From Octopus sinensis (lineage: Eukaryota): a DNA stretch of 64,000 bases. Location: the NCBI RefSeq assembly GCF_006345805.1, contig NC_043009.1:5332001-5396000 (forward strand), read 5' to 3'. The notes below the pieces were generated by a model that was given only the letters and a program-made list of their open reading frames with translations, had not been told where the DNA came from and made no database searches. Within the stretch, counting starts at the first letter, position 1. Each line of letters opens with the position of its first letter. The position numbers were made by a program, and so were the translations under genes. Shown in pieces: positions 37,901 to 51,764 of the stretch.

Positions 37901-38800
37901 TAATTGTATACTAGATCTACATAGGATATATAGCGGTGAAATAAATATATTTAATATAGGTTACGGAAATTTATTAAATATTTCATTTATCAGAGTTTTA
38001 GACTATTTGAATATGACATTCCTGGAGGACCGACAAGATAGTTAAAAGAATATATACCAAAAGGGAATATAGCCAAATTGACGTGGATATTGTGCTGGAG
38101 TTCCACAGAGGCATTCACCTTGACAGATTCTCTCAGAGAGACGCATCGCTAACAGATAAACATGAACATACTGGGTCTCTGCAATAACAGATATCGACTC
38201 ATCTCATACCAGCCGAATCTCATTGCCAATGATATAGACAATTACGCTTCCGTCATCGTGTCCCAAGTAGATTTTTCCCTGTATTTGCTTCTTAAGTTTC
38301 TTAGTGTAGTTCCCCCTTAACTGATAATTAACATCATGATTTATCGTCTACCACTACCCTGCCACTTTTTTCATAGACAGTTACATTTTCTAAGACATTG
38401 GCTCTTCCTAATGACTTATTTCCTATCACTTGGAGAAAAGGGATACCTATGATAATATTTACGATCCTACCAAGCTATGAGTTGTGAACACACTCTGGTT
38501 CTTTACTCACAATAGGCAGAGTCTTCTAGTCTTATATTTAATACATAGAAAAGAGAAATATACATTAAAAATAACTTACAATACTGACAACCTTATGATA
38601 CCACTTGGCTCCATGCGATTCTAAGGAATTGTAGTCTATTCATAGCCACTCCACTACTTGAATTTCTTCCATCTTCTTACTGTGCTAAAATATTTAAATT
38701 AAATTATTTTAACATCTCCTAATTGTTAAAAAGTGTTATATTTTGTGCAGCTGAAGATAGCATTGCGTTTAAATTGATGTAACGATTGCAATGTTCAGAA

Positions 38801-38990
38801 GGCGGCGAGTTGGCAGAATCGATAGCACACCGGGCGAAAGATTTAGCGGTATTTCGTTTGCCGTTAAGTTCTGAGTTCAAATTCCGCCGAGTTTGACTTT
38901 GCCTTTCATCCTTTCGGGGTCGATAAATTAAGCTCCCCAAAAATTTCGGGCCTTCTGCTTAGAGTAGAAAAGGACTGCATTGTTCAGTTA
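38801..38990 (+). mobile_element. SINE family A, partial
   Basis: GGCGGCGAGTTGGCAGAATCG...CCTTTCGGGGTCGATAAATTAAG. Confidence 0.8.
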
Positions 38991-39060
38991 AATGGGGCCA
39001 CATGAAATGATCGTACAACATTACTAATTGATATCCTTTTGCTTATTGTGATTATACAGA

Positions 39061-39143
<83 letters not shown>

Positions 39144-39303
39144 TATATTTATATATGTATATATTTATATATATATAACATATATATATACATATACGTA
39201 TGTACATATATATGTATGTGTGTATACATACATATATACATATATGTGTGTTTAAATATACGTAGATATGTATACATATATATAAACATATATATGTATA
39301 TAC

Positions 39304-39363
<60 letters not shown>

Positions 39364-40641
39364 ATTCAGATGCTGATAGATAAACATTAACAAATAATGG
39401 ATTCATGTAACTACTGTCTTGATCCATATCTTAACAATTTTATCGTTTTTTCCCAGCCACTTTAATAGCAAGAAACACAGTAATTATAAGCCCGTCGTAT
39501 AAAGCTTACATACTGTCAGAAGATTGACAGTTCTTCGTGTCCTACTGACCTTTTCCTTTCACAAAAATTCTGTTGAAGACTGATTTACGACAAACAAGAC
39601 AAATAAGAAGTATAAAAATCATTGTGTACTAAAATATATTTTGAAAAAATATTTTCAGAGACAGTTGAAGTGGAATTACAGATATTGAGTGCAAATTGAA
39701 GACTTCAATATATCATTATAGATTTATGTATATATGCATACATGTTTGTGCATATTTATGCCTATATCTGAATGTAAATATATAAGTGTTAAATATGTGG
39801 CTTGAAATATACATATATATATATATATAAATATGTATGTATGCAGGTATGTATGTATATATTTAAAAATTAGGCCATTGATGCTTATATTTCCATATGT
39901 GTGCATATATACATATATGTATGTACATTTATATATATATATATAGTGTGTGCGTGTGTATTTATCTATCTGTCTCTCTGTCTCTCTGTATGAATATATA
40001 TGTGACGTTTTAATGATCCTTAGTGATAAACGTACATTATCTTTTAACCTGTGAACGTTGGTATATCAAAAACTTTAAATTCCTAAGCACTCTTCCAAAA
40101 TAGAAACAAAAGCGCAACCCTCAAGCACATCCACAATAGTAAATGCATTCAGTTATGAAATAATGATCAACATATACATCAAAATAAAGCGACTGCCTGT
40201 ACGTGCAAATTATATTTGCACGGCGACCATACTGATGAGCTCTTATATGTATGTAATTTATTTTTTTCTGAATCTTGGTAGAACTATATACATGTTCAAT
40301 CTCATGCGAATGTCTCGTGTATATTTCTGCAAATTATAGTTGCGAAGCCGATCATACTGATGAGCTACGGACAATTGCGTAAGTAAATCCTAAAGTGGTA
40401 ATAGCGAAACGGATTTGTGCTTAATCTATATTTTGTTTCTTTTCATTTGTCTTGCTCGCTTACGTTCTGGCGTTTGCTAACTTTTCTTGAATACATTCTT
40501 TTTTTAGTGATAAGACCATAGCGGATCTACTTCTAGCCTAACGGATGTCCAAGTAGTGGTCATCCTTCTTATATATATTTATGTATGTATGTATGTATGT
40601 ATGTATGTATGTATGTATGTATGTATGTATGTATCAATCAC

Positions 40642-40718
<77 letters not shown>

Positions 40719-41356
40719 TATCTATTTATCTATCTATCTATCAATTTATCTATCTATCTGTTGATGTATGTATGTATGTATAAATATATATATACACACA
40801 TATGCAAACACATCCGAGTATGTATGATGAACAATTATGTATATATGTATACATACATGTATGTTTGTTTGTATGTATGTATGTATGTATGTATATACGT
40901 ATCTATGTATGACTGTATATACGTGTGTATGTATACGCATTTACACATCTTTACTATGTAATTGCGGAAATAATCTGATAACATTTTTACTTCTGTTATA
41001 TTTGTCTTTTATATATTTAACAACAAATCCCACACGGAATCCATTTTAAATTCTTGATTACTCAATAGAATATCTTACTATGCTGAACAAAAATGTACGT
41101 AATAGCATTGGGCAGTCAATATTGACGGTAATATGTACGAAATCTTGTTGACATATCCGTCTTTATTTTAATGTTTCATTTAAATTTTAAAATAGATTAG
41201 ACTGTCTGAATGTGTTTTCTCAGTTAGCCTCCTCTATGCAGTTTTCTTCTGCTTTGTATATCTAGTCAAGAGAATTTTGATTATGCTGATTACAAAAAGA
41301 AATAAATCATATCTACGTCCAAGTATTTTTCCTTCCTAAATCGTTATATATATGGT

Positions 41357-41434
<78 letters not shown>

Positions 41435-41435
41435 C

Positions 41436-41472
<37 letters not shown>

Positions 41473-41494
41473 CATACATACATACATATACTTG

Positions 41495-41535
<41 letters not shown>

Positions 41536-41804
41536 AGAAGACTTAGATATGTTGAGAAAAAGATTGTTCCAGGCCATGCCCAACTTAATGGTATCACCTG
41601 AATGGAGTTGGTAAATTCATTTTAAGTTATGTTTTGTTGTATCAGGCCCCATTCAATTAGGGGTTTATTGTTGAATGAGTTGCATCCAGTGATAGATGGC
41701 TAGTCTGGTATCCGTTGGAGAAAATTTTCCAGAATCCGTTTAAAGGTGATGGGATCCTCTTCCTATTTGATCTGTTTCGGGACAATGTTTAAATTTATTA
41801 ACCA

Positions 41805-42190
41805 CAGTACGCAAGTGGTACTTAATTTATCGAATCCGAGAGGATGAAAGGCAAATTCGACCTCGGCAGAATTTGAACTCAGGACATAAAGAGAGACGAA
41901 ATACCGCTAAGCATATCGCCTGGCGTGCAAATGTTTCTGCCACCTTTTCGCCTTGTAGCAGCTGTATGTATTTATTTCTTTATTTCCCACAGGGAGCTAA
42001 ACATAGAGGAGACAAACAAAGGCAGATAAAGGGATTAAGTCAATTACATCTACTCCAGTGCGTAGTTGGTACTTATGTAACCAACCCCTAAGGGATGAAA
42101 AGCTAAGTCAAACTCAAAGTAATTTGAACTATGAACGCAGCGGCAGACGAAATACCAATTTCTTCATTGCCCACAGGGGTCGAAATACAG
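41805..42190 (-). mobile_element. Two head-to-tail SINE family A copies
   Basis: Reverse complement matches to 9413-9647 at ~41805-41950 and ~41968-42190. Confidence 0.75.
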
Positions 42191-42339
42191 AAATGGCGAA
42201 AACAACTGATTGGGATAAGTAATACGTTATGACTTAACATAAAATATGAATATAAAAAATTATATAAAATATAAAATTCGCCAAACGCCGACCCTAGAAG
42301 CCCTGATGTATCGCTGATACCTTTTTTGTTTTTCTTTTG

Positions 42340-43560
42340 TAGCCTATTCACAGGGTTCCTTGCACGCACTCATGCAACATGTTTCCATCTCTTTTTCAAA
42401 CTCTTTTTCTCCGACAGACAGCTCTCCTCCAGCCACATCTTCCTTTTCAAATGAAAAGTAAAACATTATCGTAAATCGTGGCCGAAGATAAAATTGCCTG
42501 TCTTGATCCCTTTTATCCTAGACCTCCATATTGCCACTTTCACCTATTGCTACAACCGTGATAAAACAATTTTTACCTTCGTTTGTTAAAACTTCCGGTT
42601 TGTCAATTTTCCTTACTGACTCAGTCGGAAGTCGTGCTTTTCCTTCGCCGGACAACAGGTGTTCAGCATAAACCCACATTTCAGGTATCTCCAGACATTG
42701 GAGCCCCTATGTGTGGAGCCTCTACCACTGGCTTTGCCCAAGCGCCGGAATAGCAGGAGAGCCTTACGGCACTCTTTATGCCATTCACTCGACCTCGGTC
42801 TTCAAAAACACCAGGCTTCCTGTTGGTAAAAACTTTTGAACTCGTGGAACATTTGTCTGGCCAGTGGAGACCACATCCGTTCACCATCAAGGAGAATCGA
42901 GAGATGCCTCAACCTCAACGCATGCCTGCGCATCATTTACCAAGGCATCCCTTTAATGTCTTTTCACAACAGACAAAGCGTTTTACAAGTAGCCACCTGC
43001 CCTTCCACAAAATCGAAGGAGCTGTCTCTGCAACCTGATCAAACACGAATACGGACAGGGCACGAGGGTCACGTGGTTCGTAATGACCAATGCGATAAGC
43101 TCATTGGTCACCTCTGCCCTCCTTTTCAGGGATAGGCACCGCCAAGACAAGCTCTTGAGTACTGCAGCCACCCTGCCCAAAACCTCCGTCCAGTTCTTCT
43201 CTATCTGAAGGTGAGGTCCAAACCAAACTCTCAGCAAGTTAACCGGTCCCTCTGTACAGCGCTAAAACAACGCTATCTGAAGGCATCGACGTGCCAACCC
43301 AGGTGCCGAGCTGCAAGCTGACCAGCTTTTCCCAGTTAATCTTTGCTTATCCCACCGTCTCGTAAACCTCAATAGCTTTACCCACTTCACGTAGGCGTGC
43401 TACTGTGGTTTCGCTGATAGTGATATCGTCGTCGTAAGCTGTAACAAACTCCTCTAAACCTGGTTCTCTTAGGAGCCACCATATGCAAAAGTGATGAAAG
43501 CGGACATCCTTTACGAAACGAGCGCCTGATACAGAACGGCTCCGAAAGGAAACCATTCAC
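42340..43560 (-). pseudogene. Degenerate Tx1/L1-like LINE ORF2 fragment (RT C-terminal half)
   Basis: TAYDDDIT (motif C), LLRVWFGPHLQIEKNWTEV, RCLSLKRRAEVTNELI..LQRQLLRF; GC-richer than the flanks. Confidence 0.7.
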
Positions 43561-43599
43561 CCGAACTATCGAGTCAATGTGGTGATACCCGAAGCCACC

Positions 43600-43810
43600 T
43601 CATGATGATGACGACGACGACGATGACGACGACGATCATAGTAAAGATGGCGACAGCAATAATGATAATCCTGATAGTGCTGTTTGAAATTGATAGTGCC
43701 GTGGATGGAGAGGGGGATTCTGTGGATGATAATGATGGTGATGATGATGATGATGATGACGACCATGATGGTGATGATGATGATGGTGAAGTCTAAGAAC
43801 TTGAGAAAGG

Positions 43811-43859
<49 letters not shown>

Positions 43860-44170
43860 GGATGCATCAATATAAAGATGAGTGTAAGAATGACGATAAT
43901 GTTGTTATAATTAATGATGATGAAGAAGAAGCGGAGGACGAGAAGGGTGTTGATGATGATGATGATGATGATGATGATGTGACGGCGTTAATTAGAGTGA
44001 TGACGGGGGGGGGGAACGGTCCAAATAACGAGAATAATTCAGGCGATAACTTTGATGAGTCGATGGCAACGACGACGATGGTGATTATGATGATGATAAT
44101 GATGATGATGAGAGGCAGGAGGAGGAGCAGCAGGAGGAGGAGGAGGAAGAGGAAACAAACAGAAGAATAG
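43600..44170. repeat. Compound (GAT)n/(GAC)n/(GAG)n microsatellite field
   Basis: Directly visible. Confidence 0.9.
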
Positions 44171-44770
44171 CGATGAGACCCATAATCATTTTAGTAACGT
44201 TTGAGAAAAATGTGAAAAAAAATATATTAAGATAAAAATGATGGACAGGTTGAAAACTTGTCGATGTCCAAGTAAAGGCGCTGTTCGTTGTGTGTTTTTT
44301 AAATACTCGTATATACAGTTTTTTCTAAGATATTTTATTAACTATATTTTTTTCTTTACAATCGAATCTTGCTAGTAACCTTATCTCCTTTGCCGTCCAC
44401 CGACATCGTGGCATATATTTTAATGTTAAGTAGAATCGTATCCTGAAGAGTATAATCCGAGATTTATGGATACTAAGATCCTAAGTGACAGCAATATCAC
44501 TTCCATGACATGGAGCCTACCCGCAAAAGTTCTTCATTTAGCTATCTTATTAAGGTCACGACCTCCTCACCTAGTTCAAGTGCAGGAAGTATAAATGAGA
44601 GCAATGGTGTTGGCTGTAGAGGAAAATGCATGCACGCGAAAACACCCACACACACGCACGCACACTCAAACACAGACATGCACACAGACCTAAACTCACA
44701 TACTCACACATACACACACATATATAAATATATATATAAATGTATATATACATATGTATATATATACATA

Positions 44771-44830
<60 letters not shown>

Positions 44831-47177
44831 TATATACACATATATATATACATATATATATATGTATGTATATATGTGTATATATATATGCTTACGAATT
44901 TAATCTTTTATTTATGCAAACACACACGTTGACCAAACTATCTTTCTATCTATCATTTCTCAATCTCCCCATATATGTATAAGGTGTGTGTTAGAAAGAG
45001 AGAGAGAGAGATAGGAGGGAGAACAGTCAGACAGATAGGTAGACAATCTTCTTTGTTAAACATTTTACGCACATGTATGTAAGATTATGAACGCCATCTA
45101 TGCATAAAACTAAAACGTTAAATGAAAACAATAATTAGCGAAGTAAGACGAAATGGTTTATATCAATATAATTACATAACAGTTACACATCTTGATATTG
45201 CTTGGTTAGGTAGTCAGTTAGGTAGGTAGGTAATTAGTTATATATAAAAAATACAAAAATGGGACAAGAATACAAAACATTCAGACAGTTATGTGATACA
45301 AAACATCCAGACAGGCGATACAAAGAAAACCAGAACGGGTCATTCGGAATTTTCTACCCTCAGTCGAGTTCCAGATTATCTTTGCAATTTCGGCTGGTTA
45401 TACTCGAGATTGCTCCAATATGGACAGCCCTGAGGAAAAACTAAGCTAAGAGCTTTAGTTTCCTTGAAAGAATGCAGCGAATGTTTACGAAAACAAGGAG
45501 GGAAAAGAACAGGGAAATGGTATAAAAATACAAATGCAATTAACAGGACATAACAATATGTGTCCTTCGACTAAGGACAGATTAAATTGAGATGGCCTGC
45601 CTTACGGCAGGGACATAAGGTTTAATAAGAACATGATGGACTATAGAATTTGCACGGATGGTAATCGAACCAAGAAAGAAAGGTCAGGCATGGAGGAACA
45701 CAGTTCACGTGGAGAGAAAAGAGAGGGAGGTAGAGGCAGGGTGATAGAAGAATTAAGGAGGAGCGAGAAAAAATGAAAGAGACACAGTGAAGTGAAAGAG
45801 GAGAGAAAGTGAGCATGAAGAGAATGCCAGGAAATGTGAGAGGAGGGGAACGAAGAAACGAAGAGTTGGAACGAACTAAGTGTCAAAGGTTTGCCTTTTT
45901 TGTTTAGTATTGGTTCACGCTCTTTTTATTTCTTAGGAGAATATCAATGCTCTTCCGACAACTATGACAAAAGCATTTCCCCATTACTGTACATTTACCC
46001 ATGGCACTCCCGTAACTACTATGGTTAAATAAGAGGAAGTCTATGTATCGATGATGAGAATATAAAATAATAAATTATGTTCTAATTTGCCTCTATAACG
46101 CACTGAAATAGCTAAAATGATGTTTCTGAATGACTACCACTTCATGGATTTTTCCTCAGTAAAAATACTCTCCTGTTACTGTGTTGCTGTGCACACATTA
46201 AACATTACGACAATAACCTAAAAATGTTTTTCACAAAAATTGTATTACAAAGAAATTTGCTTCTTGGATAAATATTCTCTTCTCAGACAAACAACGTACA
46301 TTCTTTAACAAGATACTCCCACCTCTATTTTATTTTGGCCCGTCTGTGCATATATGATGCTACAACCCATGGATTATGGCGTCAAATCTTGTTCAATGTA
46401 TCTCCGCATTTGTCCCATGAATTTTCCTAAAGAATAGGCGTAGTATTATTTGGTGATCGTTATTTTCTTTTACGTGTATAATTATTTTCTGCAGCATTTT
46501 GATAATTCCTTCAATAGATAATTCATCACTAGGCTTATCGTAAATCTATTGCCAATGCACAACATGATTAGTTTCTTCAGAGAGTAAATTTTGGAAGTAG
46601 AATTACTTGTTCATTACATCGACAGAATTACGTCACTAATAATTTTTATATTATCGATCTATCGATCTAATGGATCAGTTTATCATATAGCAACGGTAAG
46701 CACGGCACTGACAGTATTTGAACTCAAAATGTAAATGAAAGTTTCTAGATATTGAGATACATCTAATATGAACACTTCAGTTTCTGTTACTCTTCTACAA
46801 TTTCATTAATTAATAAGAATGTTAAGTATTTGTCTTCAGTTAAGTGTATCTCTTAGCAACATATACGAAGTATTTGCTATGTACTTAGCATTTTAGGTGT
46901 TTCACTAGCATACACAATGCATTGATTACAGATATAGATGGAGTTTCATATACGTTTTCATTGGCTTTTATTATCATTGTTTGCTCGAAATAATTCTCTT
47001 ATTATTCAGAAAATAGCGTGCAAATATAAAGGGTATTATCCTACCTTTGTGTGACTATATACATTTATATACATATATGTGTGTGTATGCGTGTGCGTGT
47101 CTATGTGGGCATATCTATAGCTAGGAGTGTTAGTGTCACTCTTCCACTGAGTGAAAACGTATTGCATATATATATAT

Positions 47178-47221
<44 letters not shown>

Positions 47222-47251
47222 TGTGTGTGAGTGTATATATATATATATAGA

Positions 47252-47282
<31 letters not shown>

Positions 47283-47939
47283 GTATTAATATAAAGAAAT
47301 GTGTGTGTGTGTGAGTGTGCGTGTGTCTGTATGCACATATAAGCAAACAGAAAGACGGGCGTACGCACATTTACACACATATGTGCACACATATAATTGG
47401 AAATGAGGATATATGTGTATTTGGGTGTGTACACAAGAAGCTCACATTGATTCTGCAAATCAATCATGTGTTTATGTAATTATGAACACGTCTTTGATGA
47501 GAACTTGATCAAACAAAGTAATTAATAAACATTTCTTGTTAACACAATGTTAAAGGCAAAGCAAAGAGTGCCAGTTCTTTTCCCCTGCAGCCTGGCTGCC
47601 GGGAGAATAAAACAAACAATTAGAGGCTTGATTAAATACATGATATTTGTGATAGCAAATGAATTCCAGCAGGCACTATTTACTTAATCAAAACCCATAT
47701 ATGTGCTTCGTATTCGAAATTTGAAATCTGTACAAATAATTGAAATTATGCTTCTAATATATTGGATACAACAGGGTCTTCAACTTATAGAAACTAACGT
47801 CATCGCAAATTTGACGAACTAAAATAAACTATCTGTAATTATTATATATCTCCTTGTATACCACAAGAGATTGATGAAAAAAATAATACATTGCTGTTCT
47901 GATAGAATAACTGCAATAACTGCAGTACCGCCATCAGGA

Positions 47940-47957
47940 GCAACCACTGGCGCAGTT

Positions 47958-47994
<37 letters not shown>

Positions 47995-48100
47995 CAGCAG
48001 CATCAGTAGTAGTAGTAGTTGTTGTTGTTGTTGTTGTTGTTGTAGTAGCAGTAGTAGCAGCAGCAGTAGTAGTATTATTAGTAGAAGTAGCAGCTGCAGC

Positions 48101-48138
<38 letters not shown>

Positions 48139-48160
48139 CAGCAGCAGCAGTTACGGTAGT
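47940..48160. repeat. Compound (GTA)n/(GCA)n/(GTT)n microsatellite
   Basis: Directly visible. Confidence 0.9.
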
Positions 48161-49375
48161 ACTTGTTATTTCTGTAAAATTGAAGAAATTTCTACGGATA
48201 GCGTTTTAGTATTTATACATATTTCGTAACATTTTATTTATTTCTAACTTTTGACATCAGTAAAAAATAAAAATGTCACTAAATGTTTTATTCAAAATGC
48301 TTAATTGAAAATTCAAAAAAATTCAACATCGCATGGTAATAATGCAACCGCCAAATTTTTGATTTCACTGAACAAAAAGCGACATATTTAAAAAAATAAA
48401 AGCTGTTTAGTAAACACACAGTAAATTCAATTTTACATGTGATCTATTTATTGTTTATCTGTCTTTCCATCAAAGGAGTATGGATGATGTTGATGTAAGG
48501 ATATCATATTCGATCAGCAGATTCTGTTCCCTTGCTAGCTCATTCCAGAAGTCCCTATACACGTAACATATGTCGGTAGAAGTTACTATTTCGAATAATT
48601 GCAGCAATGACACTATGTACGTAACCAACGTCTGTACAAGTAACTAGTTTGAATAGTAGCAGCAACGTAATGGCACAATGTCGTAAATTCTATAAGTGTA
48701 TTGCTTATTCAGGATGTTAATGATATTAAAGTTATTCTTGCCAGCGAAAATCGTTGAGTAATCCAAATTATATTAGCGATGAGTCGTAGCTTTCCACTTC
48801 TATGGTGGTCATTCTTGGAGCAATAAGTAACTAAAGAATGATTCCCCTTCTATGCCCCTATATCGCCCAAATCTAATCCAGAACTAACCTCAGATAAGAT
48901 GTTCCAACTCTAACGATTTGCTTCGTCTTTGTAATTCTAGGCATTAAATACACTCAACTTGTGTAAATATTGCTAATCTTTTAGTAGTTATATATGGGTG
49001 GTTCCCATTTATCTGAGTGGGGATTGGTCTTGACATAGCGTATATAAATGAATTACTGATGAAACAGCACTTATATTTTAAGCTTCAGGCCAGGCCAGTG
49101 AATCCAAGATCAGCACCAGAGGAATGTGAGTTCGAAACTGACAGAGATGCAATTTAATAATTTCTCTCGTTTATTGTAAATTATGCACCATCTACAAAAC
49201 AAGAGATATTCTGCATCAGCAAAATTTACAACACGTAATCCGATGTATTTAGTATGTTGTTTTTAATTCGAGCTTTGATAAACTGAAGCAAAAAAGGTTG
49301 TATTTATGTCCTCACGTTCTTCCAGTCTATGGAGCTAGAATGGCTAATGAAGGTTATTAATATAAAATATAGAAT

Positions 49376-49560
49376 AAAGGCGACGATCTGGCAGAATCGT
49401 TAGCATAACGGGTTAAATGCTTAGCAGTATTTCGTTCGTCTTCGCATTCCAATTTCAAATTCCGCCGAGGTCGAATTTGCCTTTCATCATTTCAGGGTCG
49501 ATAAAATTAGTACCAGCTGAGCAAGAGGATCGATGTAGCCGACTTCCATCTCCCACCCCA
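49376..49560 (+). mobile_element. SINE family A, degenerate
   Basis: AAGGCGACGATCTGGCAGAATCGTTAGC...TTTGCCTTTCATCATTTCAGGGTCGATAAAATTAGTACCAG. Confidence 0.75.
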
Positions 49561-49589
49561 CCCAAATCGCTGACCATATGACAAACCAA

Positions 49590-49950
49590 AATTTTGGATC
49601 ACTATGATAGATAGTATCCGCCACGACCTGAAAATGATTCTATGATTTGGCAGATGTAACCCTCAATTTTCGACGAGAAGGTCTCCGAATACCTCATTGA
49701 TCTTAGCCTCCAGCTCGGTTTTGGCGTTGCCGTTATAGCTGTTGTCTTTCTCAAAAGTGCCCACCGCATACTAATCCATGAGATTACATTCGAGAGAATC
49801 AAGAGTCAAGAAGTTATGTGAAACATTCTCCGTTAATAATTTTTAACCACCTCCGGATGTATGGTTAAGATCGGATCGAGGTTCAGTACTCTACAGGCAG
49901 GGATTGACATTGCCGTCTGAATTGAGACTAAAGCCTTGTTTTAAGATATG
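49590..49950 (-). pseudogene. C-terminal relic of a Tc1/mariner-superfamily (maT-like) transposase
   Basis: SLECNLMD*YAVGTFEKD...KTELEAKINEVFGDL...GRGGYY resembles SPDxNPMDYYVWG...K.EL...I..F.DL...EGGY. Confidence 0.55.
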
Positions 49951-51348
49951 GGGCGATATGAGTTCACCCTCACTGGAAACACACACATCACCACCACACT
50001 TTCAGGAAGTTGGTTTTCATTATATCCATGTCACGTCTTACGGCATGTACAGCGTTCACAAAGCATTGAGCAGTTGGATTAAAGACAAATGAGTACTGCA
50101 CTCGATTCATTCGACTGAAATACTGAAAAGCAGCGCCCACTCATGACCACAATCTAATGAGTGAAGCAATTAATTTAAAAAAAAATAAATAACTGCACTT
50201 CTACAACACTTAGTATCATCGTATTCTGTAATATATTTTAAAGTTTCTAAATTCATTGTAAATATAAACTAATTTAAACATTTTGATGCACGAAAATCTA
50301 TAACATTTGTCCACTAGATTATCTTCGATTCAAGCCATCACGACAATGAAGAACACAACCTCCTCTATTGTGAGTCTGATAAATCTACGTTTTTACTCTG
50401 TTTTATGGGCTACTTTCTGTAAGAAATTAGCGAATAATTTGATGGAGATAGAGCAACTACTTCTAGCAAGCATCTGACGAAGCTGTCGCTCCGCTATTGA
50501 GTAAATTAGCTCGCATCTGGAAGGATCTGATATCTTATGAACATTTATTTATTTAGACGTATTCAACGTTCTAATGTCAATTGATACCGTTTTTCCAGGC
50601 CACCTTCTGAGGCGAAGTTAAGCGCCGGATGTACTTACACACTAATAAGTCTAAGATAATAAATTCTTACACAATGAGTATATTCTGCCACCTGGTAGAA
50701 GTCAAGCTCCTTGAATTGTGTTTATGTTACGGAGATTTACTCGACAGCTTCATGTGACAGCTGGGCCCATATTAACACGTAGAGAATATGAAAATATTAA
50801 AGAACTAATATGTGTTAAAATTAAAGGGTTAATGTTTACTGAAGGAAAAAAAAATCATAGTTTGGACCGTACAATAAATATTTACGATGGATAGAGCTCC
50901 AGTTTATTCATGATCAACTGAAAATTATCACTTACAGAGAGACCGCTGGGAAGCATTATCTCATGTTCCTAAACATAAATATATATATATGTATATATAA
51001 CCAGTGTCAAATCAGGGACAAAATTTATGTTTTAAGAGAAATGAAATGTTTATGTGCACGCGTATATACGCGTATACAAGCATAGATATGCGAACAAATA
51101 ATCACCCATAGAAAATAAGATGAATGTGTTATGGATTTCGTTTCAAAGCAAATATTTTTCTTGGACAGATGTCTTCTACGTAGCATAGAGCGGAGTGAAT
51201 AATTCTGGATACAAGTGACCTAACGGGAAATGTAAGTAGTTCAACATAACAAGACGTATGCAGCAGTAATATAACAGGAGATTTGCTCAGTTTCCGTTAC
51301 ATGCTTTTAATGCACTCTGCCATCATTTTTCCTTTACATGCTCATATA

Positions 51349-51416
<68 letters not shown>

Positions 51417-51418
<2 letters not shown>

Positions 51419-51764
51419 GGAGATATACTTGCATAGCAAGTGACTTGATCTGAGATCGTGTGCTGGAACAAAAATAGTTTCAGCTTGGAAGGTGTTTATA
51501 AGCTATTTAAGAAACACACAAAAAGCGTTAGATTTAATTCAACATTCAAATTTAAGATGCCAAAGTATTTTCGTCGCTTTGAGAGAGCGGCCTGTTCCCG
51601 GACAAAATTTCGTGCAGTACCGAATTTTGTCACTCAGCAGGTCGCGGTCTCAAAGCAACACAAATATTTAATTTGGCAAATTAAATTTAAATGCTGAAGC
51701 CAATGAAACGGATTTTATGTGTTTGCTATATGGCTTATAAACACCTTCCACACTGCAATTGTTT
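51417..51764. mobile_element. Foldback/MITE-like palindromic element between (TA)n arrays
   Basis: TGGAAGGTGTTTATAAGCTAT (51486-51506) vs 51730-51750 (20/21), with nested inner inverted pairs to a centre at ~51617. Confidence 0.75.

Noticed and set aside
45200-45640. Complex-sequence block with GGCTG/CAGCC stem followed by GAAA on the minus strand
   Set aside because: Lacks the CUGANGA core; probably an unclassified repeat, with no second copy in the window to support it
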